A stretch of 28,502 nt of DNA from Candidatus Saccharibacteria bacterium UBA7683 (GTDB taxonomy: Bacteria; Patescibacteriota; Saccharimonadia; Saccharimonadales; UBA7683). The first letter of the stretch is position 1. The number at the start of each line of letters is the position of its first letter. The position numbers and the translations under genes were made by a program. Below, piece after piece: positions 16,281-25,420 of this stretch. Location: assembly GCA_002482925.1 (NCBI GenBank), contig DLGX01000066.1, positions 1-28,502 on the forward strand, read 5' to 3'. The notes beneath the pieces were generated by a model. The model was not told the DNA's origin. It ran no database searches and saw only the letters and a program-made list of their open reading frames with translations.

Positions 16281-17414
16281 ATGGATGAAATAAAACAACA
16301 AGCGCTCGACATACATAAAAAACTTCGCGGTAAGATAGAAGTTACCCTAAAAGACAACCTCGATGATCCTGAAAAGTTAAAACTGTACTACACGCCAGGT
16401 GTTGGCGCAGTTAGTACCTATGTGGCAGAAAATCCTAGCGAAGCACGAGACTTTACTTGGCTCAATAACTCAGTGGCAGTTATTTCCGACGGCTCTGCAG
16501 TGCTTGGACTAGGCAATATTGGCCCTTACGGTGCACTTCCTGTTATGGAAGGTAAATGCATGCTATTCAAACAATTTGCAGCTATCGATGCCGTGCCGAT
16601 TGTTTTAGATGTGCACACTGCTGATGAAATTGTTGCCGCCGTAAAAGCTATTGCGCCAAGTTTTGGGGCAATTAACCTTGAAGATATAGCTGCGCCGATT
16701 TGCTTCGAAGTAGAAGAACGCCTCAAGGCAGAACTCCCGACCCCAATTATGCACGACGATCAACACGGAACAGCAGTAGTTGTGCTTGCCGGGCTTATCA
16801 ACGCTATGAAAGTAGTGGGCAAAAATCTTTCTGATTGCAAAGTTGTATTAGTCGGCGCTGGCGCAGCAGGCGTGGCAATTGCAAAACTACTACACAAATA
16901 CTCGGGTGCATCAATTATTGCAGTGGATAGCAAGGGTATTATTGAACCAAGCCGAGATAATTTAAATGAAGAGAAAAAGCTTCTTCTAGAATTTGCCAGC
17001 GATGTTAAGCCGGGCAGTCTTTCTGACGCGGTACATAACGCTGATGTATTTATTGGTGTTTCGCAACCAGGCCTTCTTACGCCAGAGATGATTAAAACTA
17101 TGGCAAAAGATCCGATTGTATTTGCACTAGCTAATCCTACTCCAGAAATTATGCCTGATCTTGCCAAAGAAGCTGGCGTGGCGGTTATGGCAACCGGTCG
17201 TAGTGACTTCCCTAACCAAGTAAACAATGCCTTGGCATTTCCAGGTATCTTCCGTGGCGCACTAGATAACCGCGTTCGTACCATTACTGATGAACATAAA
17301 ATTGCTGCTGCTGAGACTATTGCGGCCTTTGTAGAAAGTCCGACAGCTGAGCAGATCATTCCATCAATCTTTGCTGATGGTCTCACCGAAAAGATTGCGG
17401 ATCAGATACGATAA
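16281..17414 (+). CDS. NAD(P)-dependent malic enzyme (short bacterial type, no PTA domain)
   Basis: YYTPGV, VISDGSAVLGLG, VMEGK, NLEDI, HDDQHGTA, Rossmann GAGAAG, FALANP, ATGRSDFPNQVNN. Confidence 0.95.
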   Translation: MDEIKQQALDIHKKLRGKIEVTLKDNLDDPEKLKLYYTPGVGAVSTYVAENPSEARDFTWLNNSVAVISDGSAVLGLGNIGPYGALPVMEGKCMLFKQFAAIDAVPIVLDVHTADEIVAAVKAIAPSFGAINLEDIAAPICFEVEERLKAELPTPIMHDDQHGTAVVVLAGLINAMKVVGKNLSDCKVVLVGAGAAGVAIAKLLHKYSGASIIAVDSKGIIEPSRDNLNEEKKLLLEFASDVKPGSLSDAVHNADVFIGVSQPGLLTPEMIKTMAKDPIVFALANPTPEIMPDLAKEAGVAVMATGRSDFPNQVNNALAFPGIFRGALDNRVRTITDEHKIAAAETIAAFVESPTAEQIIPSIFADGLTEKIADQIR

Positions 17415-17431
17415 CAATACTTTAAATCTTT

Positions 17432-19048
17432 TTAAATAACTCTGTTGATTTCTTCTAGTGTCGTGACGCCTTTAAGCGCTTTTAGTACTCCGTCTTGGTA
17501 CATTGTAATCATGCCTTGCTTTCTAGCTTCTAGTTCGATCTGAGGGCTTGTAGGAATATTAAATGGATCACGAAGCATAGCTTGAATTTCCGGTGTAATT
17601 AACAGTTGTTCTAGCACCGTGATACGGCCTTTGTAACCAAATGGGTTTTCTTCTGACTCACCTGGTCTGTAGAGCTTAATATTTGTAAGATCAGGTTTTT
17701 CAATTGATTCAGGCAGATCTTTAAGGGTGTCTTGAATATGTTTTTTTACGGCTTCATCTGGTTCATATTGTTGTTTTGTGGAATCGTCCAATTTTCTAAC
17801 AAGACGCTGGCTAATTATTAACTTTATTGCAGAAATAAGAATTGGGTTTTGGCCTATCATATCAATCATGCGTGTGAATGCTTCTGCTGCTGATCCAGCG
17901 TGGAACGTAGAAAGAACCAAGTGGCCTGTTATTGAAGCCTGTAATGCAGTTCGAGCAGTATCGACATCTCTAATTTCGCCCACCATTATTACATCTGGGT
18001 CGAGGCGCATTACTGCACGAAGCTTGTTGCCGAAACTATCACCTTCACGGCTGTAAACCGGAATCTGGCTCATGCCATCAAGTCCATATTCAACCGGATC
18101 TTCTAAAGTGATTATTTTTCTGGTTGGGTCATTCAACTGCTGCAAAATTGAATACAGCGTAGTAGTTTTACCTGAGCCAGTTGGCCCTACCATTAATACC
18201 ATTCCATTCGGATGAGCAATAACGTTATCAATAGGAACACGCTCGCGTTCGCTCAAACCTAAGTTATCTAAACGAAGAAGCTCTGGATCCATGTTAAACA
18301 AACGTAGCACCGCATCTTGGCCATAAAGCGTAGGAACGGTTTCTATACGCATGTTAAGTGTTTTAACAGTGCCATCTTCGTTTTCAATCATTTGGCTTAA
18401 ATGACCAGTTTGCGCATCTGGAGCTGCAGTAGAAATATTTGCTTTTACCGCAATGGATTGCTGAAGCTGGCGGTACTTCATGTGGCTGATTACTGCAATC
18501 ATGTGAAGTGCGCCATCTAAACGAAATCGTACCCGAACTCCGCTACGAGCAGTTTCAAAGTGAATGTCTGAAGCTCCGAGCTTATCTGCCTGCATAATTA
18601 CGTAGTCCAAGATGTCATCAGATCTAACTCCGTCGAGCGTTTCAGAAACTTCACGCACATTATCGCTTGAACCTTCTTGGCTCACTGTAATGTCTTGGTA
18701 GTGTACTTCTTCTGGCGGATCAAAACGAAGCATAAGTTCGCGGAACCCCGCATTACTGATCATCAAAAATTCAATGTTTTTGTCTTGGAACTTGTCACGT
18801 AGTGTTCTGAGCATTTGTTGTGGCGTACCAATAGTAATACCGAAAGTATAGCCATTTTCTTTGTCGTAGAGCGGTACCATTTTGCTTTCGTACATTTCTT
18901 CGTTTGTAAGAATGCCGTTCGCAAGCGGAATACCAGTAATTTCACGACTATCGAGATACTTGATCTTTAATAGATCGGCACGTTGCTTAGTGCTTTGTTC
19001 TTCTTGCTCACGAAATTTGACCTGATCGGTCGCGTCATTAAAAGCCAT
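17432..19048 (-). CDS. GspE/PilB family (type IV pilus / T2SS) assembly ATPase, Cys-free variant
   Basis: ASDIHFE, RVRFRLDG, Walker A GPTGSGKT, Asp box LEDPVE, Walker B VIMVGEIRD, His box TGHLVLSTFH, GYKGR, N-terminal extension. Confidence 0.92.
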   Translation of the reverse strand: MAFNDATDQVKFREQEEQSTKQRADLLKIKYLDSREITGIPLANGILTNEEMYESKMVPLYDKENGYTFGITIGTPQQMLRTLRDKFQDKNIEFLMISNAGFRELMLRFDPPEEVHYQDITVSQEGSSDNVREVSETLDGVRSDDILDYVIMQADKLGASDIHFETARSGVRVRFRLDGALHMIAVISHMKYRQLQQSIAVKANISTAAPDAQTGHLSQMIENEDGTVKTLNMRIETVPTLYGQDAVLRLFNMDPELLRLDNLGLSERERVPIDNVIAHPNGMVLMVGPTGSGKTTTLYSILQQLNDPTRKIITLEDPVEYGLDGMSQIPVYSREGDSFGNKLRAVMRLDPDVIMVGEIRDVDTARTALQASITGHLVLSTFHAGSAAEAFTRMIDMIGQNPILISAIKLIISQRLVRKLDDSTKQQYEPDEAVKKHIQDTLKDLPESIEKPDLTNIKLYRPGESEENPFGYKGRITVLEQLLITPEIQAMLRDPFNIPTSPQIELEARKQGMITMYQDGVLKALKGVTTLEEINRVI

Positions 19049-19055
19049 AAGCTTA

Positions 19056-19094
19056 ATTGTACATTAAAATAAACGTATACAACACTGGTATACT
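19056..19094. promoter_or_regulatory. Divergent -10 boxes for the ATPase (TACAAT, minus) and the methylase (TGGTATACT, plus)
   Basis: Minus TACAAT at 19056..19061, 7 nt before ATG 19048. Plus extended -10 at 19086..19094, 7 nt before ATG 19102. Confidence 0.6.
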
Positions 19095-19101
19095 TGAATT
19101 T

Positions 19102-19614
19102 ATGAAAATTACATTAGTTGCGCACGACATTCGTAGCACTCATAACGTGGGAGCGTTTTTTCGAACCTGCGATGGCTTAGGTGTTAAACAGATCATATTT
19201 AGTGGCTACACACCGTATCCCACATTCGAAGGCGATTCTCGGTTGCCTCATTTCGCAGATAAAATTACTCGTCAGATTCATAAAACTGCGCTCGGCGCTG
19301 AATCCACGGTAGACTTTCAGTGCTTCGAAACCTTAGAAGATGTACTAAATCACTTAAAGTCTGAAAACACGGTGTTAATTGCACTTGAACAGTTTCCTAA
19401 GAGCATTAGCCCTTCTGAGTGTGCCGAGCTTTTAAAAAAGAAATACAAAAACCGGCCAGTTGCTCTGATTTTAGGTAATGAAATTCACGGTGTAAAAGAC
19501 GATGTGCTTGCTCGGATGGACATGATAATGGAAATTCCCATGAATGGGCTGAAAGAATCGTTTAACGTTTCTGTTGCGGCCGGAATTGCGCTCTACGCTC
19601 TGACTAATCTTTAA
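19102..19614 (+). CDS. SpoU/TrmH family (SPOUT) RNA methyltransferase
   Basis: DIRSTHNVGAFFRT, ILGNEIHGV, IPMNGLKESFNVSVAAGIALY. Start moved from 19057 to 19102 (MKITLV). Confidence 0.92.
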   Translation: MKITLVAHDIRSTHNVGAFFRTCDGLGVKQIIFSGYTPYPTFEGDSRLPHFADKITRQIHKTALGAESTVDFQCFETLEDVLNHLKSENTVLIALEQFPKSISPSECAELLKKKYKNRPVALILGNEIHGVKDDVLARMDMIMEIPMNGLKESFNVSVAAGIALYALTNL

Positions 19615-22600
19615 CGGCAACACAGCTTGGTTCAAAAAATTCGTGAAGCTGTTTAGTAAGTTCTTCTTGAATCATGACTTTAAATGGCATTCTCAGCGCA
19701 GTTTTAGCTGATTCTTCACCTAGAACTAGTATTAGTTCATCATTTCCTGGATGTTTTGAAGCAACGTCTCTGAGTGCCATTAAACTAGTGGTGTCGTTCG
19801 GGTCTTTAATATGCACAAACAGCTTTGGAGCTGAAATTTGCGGTGGTTTTGGTGGAAGCGGCGGTAAATTCGATTCAGAAGGTTTGGTTGGTCTACTACC
19901 TTTAGGCGGTTTTGGTTTCTTGCCTTTTGGTTGATATGCCTTGGCATCTTCGTCGGAAACCTGATTGGCTTGATCTACTAAAATTTTGAGTTCTTGCCCC
20001 ATGTTGCCGTCGCGGTCTTTGTAGTTAACCTTGCCTTTTGTAATTACAACTTGGTCCTGTTGCCATACAGAATTGAGTTTTTCATACACTCCAGGAAATA
20101 CAATTAGCTCGCATTCCGTAGTTTTATCTTCAATTTTTACAAATGCCATACGGGCGCCATTTTTTGTAGTAATAGAACGTACCGCAGTTACCACTCCGCC
20201 TATGGTAACCGCCTTGCCATCCATGGAATCGTTAATTTGACCTATAGGAAGCGTGTTTTCTTCTAAATACTCTCCGTACCCATCAAGTGGATGACTACTT
20301 AAATAAAGCCCTAGCAACTCCCGTTCATGTAAAAGCATGTCGTGGTCCTTAAGTTGTTCCGGAGCGACTTCAAACTTAAATTGTGGCGCTACACTAAGCA
20401 CAGAGGTATCAGTTGCGCCAAATAGGTCTGCCTGATTGGTTTCTTTTTCTTTATGAAGTTTAGAACCCATAGCAAGTATTGCGTCTAAATTAAAAAGTAG
20501 ATCCCCACGGGTATGTTCAAATGAATCAAACCCTCCGGATTTTATAAGGCTTTCCCAGACTTTACGGTTAACCCTTCGCGTATCAACTCGCTGTATAAAA
20601 TCCATAAGATCTTTAAAAGGTCCGCCTTCTTCGCGGGCACGTATAATTTCTTCTACGGCACCTACGCCGACATTCTTAACTGCGCTCATTCCAAAACGAA
20701 TTTGTTTTTTGCCTTTAGTAATACCGAATTCTACATACGATTCATTTACATCTGGCGGAAGTACTTCAATACCCATATGGCGGCATTCGTTAATTTCAAT
20801 GGCAAGACGATCAATATCATCAGCGTCGCTTGTCATAAGTGCTGCCATAAACGCGTCGGGGTAGTGGGCTTTAAGGTATGCGGTCCAGTAGGCAATAAGT
20901 CCGTAACAGGCTGCGTGAGACTTATTAAAACAGTAGTTTGCAAATTCTTCTAACTGATCCCAGAACTTTTCTGCAACTACTCTGTCGGCTTTGCTATGTT
21001 TTATGGCGCCTTCAACAAAATCTACTTTTACCTTGCGCATAAGCTCTATGTTCTTTTTTCCAACGGCTTTTCGAAGCGTGTCAGCTTGTCCGCCAGTAAA
21101 TCCGGCCCATTCTTTTGAAATCTGCATGAATTGTTCTTGATATACCAAAATACCGTAAGTATTCTTTAAAGAATTTTCCATACCAGGGTGAAGATACGAA
21201 ATATTCTTTCGACCATGTTTTCTATCAATAAATTCGCTAATGAACTGCATTGGACCCGGGCGATACAGCGCAACCATGGCAATAATATCGTCAAACTTAG
21301 TAGGTTTTAGTTCGCGCAGATATCGCTTCATACCAGCAGATTCAAGCTGAAAGACCCCGGTTGTATCACCACGTTGAAAAAGTTCAAAAGTTTTGTTGTC
21401 ATCAAGTGGAATCTCTGACGGTTCGATTGATTCACCATACACAGCCTTAATAATACGCAGGGCATTCTTTAAGATAGTAAGGTTCTTAAGGCCTAAAAAG
21501 TCCATTTTAAGCAGCCCTAGTTCTTCTACAGGCCCCATAGGATACTGAGTAGAAATAACATCTTGTTTAGTTCCGTCTTCTCTGAGCACTTGTTTCTGGG
21601 CACGTTCAAGCGGTATAAACTTAACGATTTCATCAGGCGCAATCACCACTCCTGCCGCATGAACACCATGTGACCGAACGGTACCTTCAAGTCGTATTGC
21701 CAGATCGATTACGCGCTTAGCTGTTGGATTATTTTCGTATTCTCGCTTTAAGTCGTGGTCTTCAATAATACTTTTTGCAAGCGGAATATGGCGACCCTGT
21801 ACTGGCGGAGGAACTAATTTAGAAAGCTTGTCCGCTTCGGCATATGGCACCTGAAGCACTCGGGCAACATCACGAATAGCGGCACGGGCAGCCATAGTAC
21901 CAAACGTTACAATATTTGCTACCCTATCGCTCCCGTATTTTTCAGCACAATACTGAATTACTTCATTTCTTCTAGTGTCCTGAATGTCGATATCAATATC
22001 TGGCATAGAAATACGGTCGGGGTTCAAGAAACGTTCAAACAGAAGATCATACTTAATAGGATCAAGTTCGGTAATACGTGTTGCGTACGCCACAATTGAA
22101 CCAGCCGCAGAACCACGGCCAGGACCAAAGACTATTCCTTGATCTTTACCCCAACCCATAAAGTCTGAAACAATTAAGAAATAGCCGTTGAATCCCATTC
22201 GATCAATTACGCCTAGTTCAAATTCGGCTCTATCAAGTATTTCCTGCGAAAGCGTTTGCATTGCTTCTTCTTGAGTAATACGTCTAGAACGAGCCTCGTC
22301 AACACCGCCATAACGCCACGCTAAACCACGATACACCAGCTTATGAAGGTAGGTTTTTTCATCATCAGTTTTTGGTACAGGAAATTTTGGAATTAGAATT
22401 TTGCCAAACTCAAATTCAAGATCACATCTGTCTGCAATAGCTTTGGTGTTAGTAATTACCTCTGGGTGGTCTTTACCCCAACGCTTTATTATTTCGCTAG
22501 ATGTTTCAACATGAAGCGGGTAGTCTTTTAAGCTCATTCTGTCTTCGTCTGCCAGAAACGAACCCGTTCCCACGCAGAGCAAGGCTTCGTGAGCTTCTTG

Positions 22601-23284
22601 ATCTTCGTGTTTCAGATAATGGGCATCACAGGTTACAACTACTGGTATATCAAGTTTTTTACCCAAAGCCAACACACCTTCATTTACCGTCTGTTGTTCA
22701 CTACTATGAATAGGGTTTTCTGGGTGACCGTGATCTTGAATTTCAAGATAGTACCTATCGCCAAATACAGATTTATACCACAGAGCTATTTCTTCAGCCT
22801 GCTTTTGCTGGCCATTTTTAACCGCCTGGCCAACTTCTCCACCCATACATGCGCTCAGCACAATTAAGCCTTCGTTGTATTTTTTCAGTAGATCGTGATC
22901 AACGCGTGGGTAGTAGTAAAATCCGTTGAGGTTAGCTTCGGTTGAGAGCCTCATGAGATTCTGGTACCCCTTCATATTCATAGCTATGATAATCAGGTGA
23001 AAGCGGGCTTTATCTTTTTGGGGATCTTTATCGGTATGCTTACGAGATGCAACGTAGGTTTCTATGCCAATGAGTGGTTTTATATCTGCAGCTTTAGCTT
23101 GTTTATAAAAATCGATGGCTCCGGAAAGCGTTCCGTGATCTGTCATAGCCACAGCTTGCATGCCGTCTTCTTTAACAAATTCTACAAGTTTTGGAATTTT
23201 TGTAAGACCATCTAACAGACTATACTGCGTATGATTATGCAAATGAACGTAATCACTGCTTGTTAGTGTTTGTTTTACTCCCAT
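19604..23284 (-). CDS. dnaE: DNA polymerase III alpha subunit (DnaE)
   Basis: PHP domain HLHNHTQYSLLDG / TDHG / CDAHY, GRGSAAGS, catalytic PDIDID, KMDFLGL, FNKSHAA, OB fold, Pro-rich linker before the C-terminal domain. No intein seen. Confidence 0.98.
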   Translation of the reverse strand: MGVKQTLTSSDYVHLHNHTQYSLLDGLTKIPKLVEFVKEDGMQAVAMTDHGTLSGAIDFYKQAKAADIKPLIGIETYVASRKHTDKDPQKDKARFHLIIIAMNMKGYQNLMRLSTEANLNGFYYYPRVDHDLLKKYNEGLIVLSACMGGEVGQAVKNGQQKQAEEIALWYKSVFGDRYYLEIQDHGHPENPIHSSEQQTVNEGVLALGKKLDIPVVVTCDAHYLKHEDQEAHEALLCVGTGSFLADEDRMSLKDYPLHVETSSEIIKRWGKDHPEVITNTKAIADRCDLEFEFGKILIPKFPVPKTDDEKTYLHKLVYRGLAWRYGGVDEARSRRITQEEAMQTLSQEILDRAEFELGVIDRMGFNGYFLIVSDFMGWGKDQGIVFGPGRGSAAGSIVAYATRITELDPIKYDLLFERFLNPDRISMPDIDIDIQDTRRNEVIQYCAEKYGSDRVANIVTFGTMAARAAIRDVARVLQVPYAEADKLSKLVPPPVQGRHIPLAKSIIEDHDLKREYENNPTAKRVIDLAIRLEGTVRSHGVHAAGVVIAPDEIVKFIPLERAQKQVLREDGTKQDVISTQYPMGPVEELGLLKMDFLGLKNLTILKNALRIIKAVYGESIEPSEIPLDDNKTFELFQRGDTTGVFQLESAGMKRYLRELKPTKFDDIIAMVALYRPGPMQFISEFIDRKHGRKNISYLHPGMENSLKNTYGILVYQEQFMQISKEWAGFTGGQADTLRKAVGKKNIELMRKVKVDFVEGAIKHSKADRVVAEKFWDQLEEFANYCFNKSHAACYGLIAYWTAYLKAHYPDAFMAALMTSDADDIDRLAIEINECRHMGIEVLPPDVNESYVEFGITKGKKQIRFGMSAVKNVGVGAVEEIIRAREEGGPFKDLMDFIQRVDTRRVNRKVWESLIKSGGFDSFEHTRGDLLFNLDAILAMGSKLHKEKETNQADLFGATDTSVLSVAPQFKFEVAPEQLKDHDMLLHERELLGLYLSSHPLDGYGEYLEENTLPIGQINDSMDGKAVTIGGVVTAVRSITTKNGARMAFVKIEDKTTECELIVFPGVYEKLNSVWQQDQVVITKGKVNYKDRDGNMGQELKILVDQANQVSDEDAKAYQPKGKKPKPPKGSRPTKPSESNLPPLPPKPPQISAPKLFVHIKDPNDTTSLMALRDVASKHPGNDELILVLGEESAKTALRMPFKVMIQEELTKQLHEFFEPSCVAVKD

Positions 23285-23294
23285 ATCAGTTTCT

Positions 23295-23328
23295 ATTATA
23301 CACCTAAACTATTGATCTAACGTATACT
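23295..23328. promoter_or_regulatory. Divergent -10 boxes for dnaE (TATAAT, minus) and recF (TATACT, plus)
   Basis: Minus TATAAT at 23295..23300, 10 nt before ATG 23284. Plus TATACT at 23323..23328, 7 nt before GTG 23336. Confidence 0.55.
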
Positions 23329-23335
23329 GTAAAGA

Positions 23336-24430
23336 GTGGTAGGAATCAAAAATCTTAGTCTTACAAATGTGCGCTCGCATACTAGCGCAAATTTTCAATT
23401 TTCTAGTACTATGAACGCTATAGTAGGGCCAAACGGCAGCGGTAAAACAACAATTATCGAAGCGTTGTATACTTTGCTTCGAGGCAGCAGCTTTAAGGGT
23501 AGTATTGGCGAAATTGCTCAGTATGGCACAAACCAATTTCGGGCTCAGTTAGAACTGAAAACAGAGAACACTTTACATGTTCGAGCGCTAGGATACCAGG
23601 AAGTAGAATCTACATCACAAAAAAAGTGGACAATCGATAGCAAAAACTATGCTCGACTTCCTATAGCGGCACGTCTACCCGTAGTGTTATTTGAACCTGA
23701 TCTTGCCCGTTTAATCAGTGGCAGCCCAGAACGCAGGCGCCAGTACCTCGATCAAATTGCAAGTCAGCTTGATCTTGAAGTTGCCATAGCCCAAAATCGT
23801 TTTGAACGAACACTAAAGCAACGTAATCAGCTGCTAAAGCGCCTGCGAGAAATGGGTATATCTACTGCACCCGATGAGTTATTTATATGGAACACGCAAC
23901 TTGCTCATCTGAGCGAACAAATTATTGCAGCGCGCTATAAAGTAATTGAAAAACTTCAAAAAGAAATAAGCCCCTATTACCAGCAACTTGGTGGAACAGA
24001 TGATGTATTCTTAACCTACACCAGTACCGTTACTTCAGATCCAGATCAGTACGCTTCACGATTACTTCAATTTTTAGAAACCGGCGTACAGCGTGATATT
24101 GCCCTTGGCCACACCTCATTCGGACCGCACCGTGATGAGCTTGAAGTTCGTTTAGCTGACCAACCAGCTGTTGAACGGGCCAGTAGAGGCGAAATACGAA
24201 CTGTAGTAATAGCACTTAAATTGTTAGAAACCGAACTGCTTTCAAGTCACTTTGAAAAATCTGATATTAAACCAACCCTACTGTTAGACGACGTACTCAG
24301 CGAACTTGATTTAGTACATCAAGAACGAGTGTTGGCTGGGTTCAAAAATCACCAAGTATTTATAACCACTACCGACGCTCATGCACTTACTCCAGGCGTA
24401 CACACAATTGCATTAGGGCAAGATTCTTAA
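23336..24430 (+). CDS. recF: DNA replication/repair protein RecF
   Basis: Walker A GPNGSGKT, G.PE.RR.YLD, GPHRDEL, signature SRGE, Walker B LLLDDVLSELD. GTG start. Confidence 0.93.
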   Translation: MVGIKNLSLTNVRSHTSANFQFSSTMNAIVGPNGSGKTTIIEALYTLLRGSSFKGSIGEIAQYGTNQFRAQLELKTENTLHVRALGYQEVESTSQKKWTIDSKNYARLPIAARLPVVLFEPDLARLISGSPERRRQYLDQIASQLDLEVAIAQNRFERTLKQRNQLLKRLREMGISTAPDELFIWNTQLAHLSEQIIAARYKVIEKLQKEISPYYQQLGGTDDVFLTYTSTVTSDPDQYASRLLQFLETGVQRDIALGHTSFGPHRDELEVRLADQPAVERASRGEIRTVVIALKLLETELLSSHFEKSDIKPTLLLDDVLSELDLVHQERVLAGFKNHQVFITTTDAHALTPGVHTIALGQDS

Positions 24431-24684
24431 TTATTTATAGAGTCTTGTGCATTACGTACAATTTCGCCAATAAAAGGTAGGTTGCTAAAAAGCGAAAGTA
24501 ACCACAGCAAGAGTGCAATCACAATTGTTGCACCCAGTACTGAACCTACGCTAAAAAATATACCGCGAACAAAATTTTCTATATACAAACGTTTTTTACT
24601 TACATAACCAGCTGCCAATAAGTACTCCAGCGCTTGCACAGCCGCTTTTTCATCAATATTTGGTGGAGTTTGTTTCTTAGCCAT
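24427..24684 (-). CDS. Small membrane protein (DUF5665-like)
   Basis: NFVRGIFFSVGSVLGATIVIALLLWLL..LPFIG pattern; SD GAGGA. The family name is from recollection only. Confidence 0.65.
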   Translation of the reverse strand: MAKKQTPPNIDEKAAVQALEYLLAAGYVSKKRLYIENFVRGIFFSVGSVLGATIVIALLLWLLSLFSNLPFIGEIVRNAQDSINN

Positions 24685-24705
24685 AGTTCCTCGTTATTTT
24701 GTATT

Positions 24706-24735
24706 AAAATCACCCTACAAAATGCAGGGTGATTT
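24706..24735 (-). terminator. Intrinsic terminator after the YtxH-like gene
   Basis: Minus RNA AAAUCACCCU-GCA-UUU-UGU-AGGGUGAUUU followed by U: a 13-bp stem with one G-U, 18 nt after the stop codon. Confidence 0.7.
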
Positions 24736-24753
24736 AGGTTAGTTCATCAAATG

Positions 24754-25167
24754 TTATTTCGTTACGTTTTTAACTTTTGTAGCAATCTTGTCTTTTATTG
24801 CTGCAAGATCTTTTAGAACTTGGTCAATCGTGGCTTCATCATTATCGTCTTCGCCACTTTTGATTGAGGTAATGGCGCCTTTAACGCGTTCTTTAAGTTC
24901 ATCTGCCTTTTTAGCATATGATTCCATTTCTTCTTTAGCCTTGCCTTGAAGTTCTTTGGCTTTAGCTTTGGCTTCACCAGAAACTTTTTCAAGTTCTTTA
25001 TGTGCTTCTTTAAGTTTGCGTTCTGTGCTGCCTTTTAGTTCGCCAGCTTTGTTCTTAATATCTTTTCGGGTTTCTTTACCGCTTTTTGGCGCAGTAAGTA
25101 TTCCTGTAACTACTCCAGCGATTGCACCTATAACTATACCTAAACCGAGTTTTTTGCCTTTTGCCAT
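24754..25167 (-). CDS. YtxH-like general stress / gas-vesicle-like protein
   Basis: GIVIGAIAGVVTGILTAPKSGKETRKDIK (the YtxH LxAPKSGxExR motif) followed by a Lys/Glu coiled coil. Start moved from 25269 to 25167 (MAKGKK), which has SD AAAGG. Confidence 0.85.
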   Translation of the reverse strand: MAKGKKLGLGIVIGAIAGVVTGILTAPKSGKETRKDIKNKAGELKGSTERKLKEAHKELEKVSGEAKAKAKELQGKAKEEMESYAKKADELKERVKGAITSIKSGEDDNDEATIDQVLKDLAAIKDKIATKVKNVTK

Positions 25168-25168
25168 A

Positions 25169-25414
25169 TTATTTGCCTTTCTTATGATTCTTAATTGCTT
25201 TTTGCACTGCATCAAATACGTACTTGCCCGCAACAGTTGGGCTAACAAATTTACTAAGATTTGATGCACTGTCTACCACCGATGCTGCTTTTTCTGAAAT
25301 CTGCTTTATAGCTTTTACTACTTTTAGGATGTACACAATTGTTACAATTGTAAGCAGTAATGCTATCGCCAAGAAAACACTGAGAATAATAACTAAAATT
25401 TGAAATGCGTCCAT
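25169..25414 (-). CDS. Small single-pass membrane protein (possibly YtxG/DUF948-like)
   Basis: Long N-terminal hydrophobic helix plus amphipathic helix. Ends 1 nt before the YtxH-like ATG. TGATATGAT lies 6 nt before its ATG. Confidence 0.7.
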   Translation of the reverse strand: MDAFQILVIILSVFLAIALLLTIVTIVYILKVVKAIKQISEKAASVVDSASNLSKFVSPTVAGKYVFDAVQKAIKNHKKGK

Positions 25415-25420
25415 GCACCT

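Noticed and set aside
16760-17386. 208-aa antisense ORF
   Set aside because: It mirrors the malic enzyme codons (Ser/Ala/Ile-rich shadow) and has no promoter, SD or motif.
19057-19101. Longer start for the SpoU methylase
   Set aside because: It overlaps both divergent -10 boxes. ATG 19102 fits the domain start and the 7-nt spacing.
19604-23284. Intein or frameshift in dnaE
   Set aside because: The ORF is continuous and of normal length. Only short insertions are present, with no Cys/Ser...His-Asn splice motifs or LAGLIDADG block.
23309-23536. 75-aa minus-strand ORF upstream of dnaE
   Set aside because: It is antisense to the recF N-terminus (Walker A region) and has no supporting signals.
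25168-25269. N-terminal extension of the YtxH-like ORF
   Set aside because: It overlaps the upstream gene in another frame. The start at 25167 has an SD and gives the typical family N-terminus.
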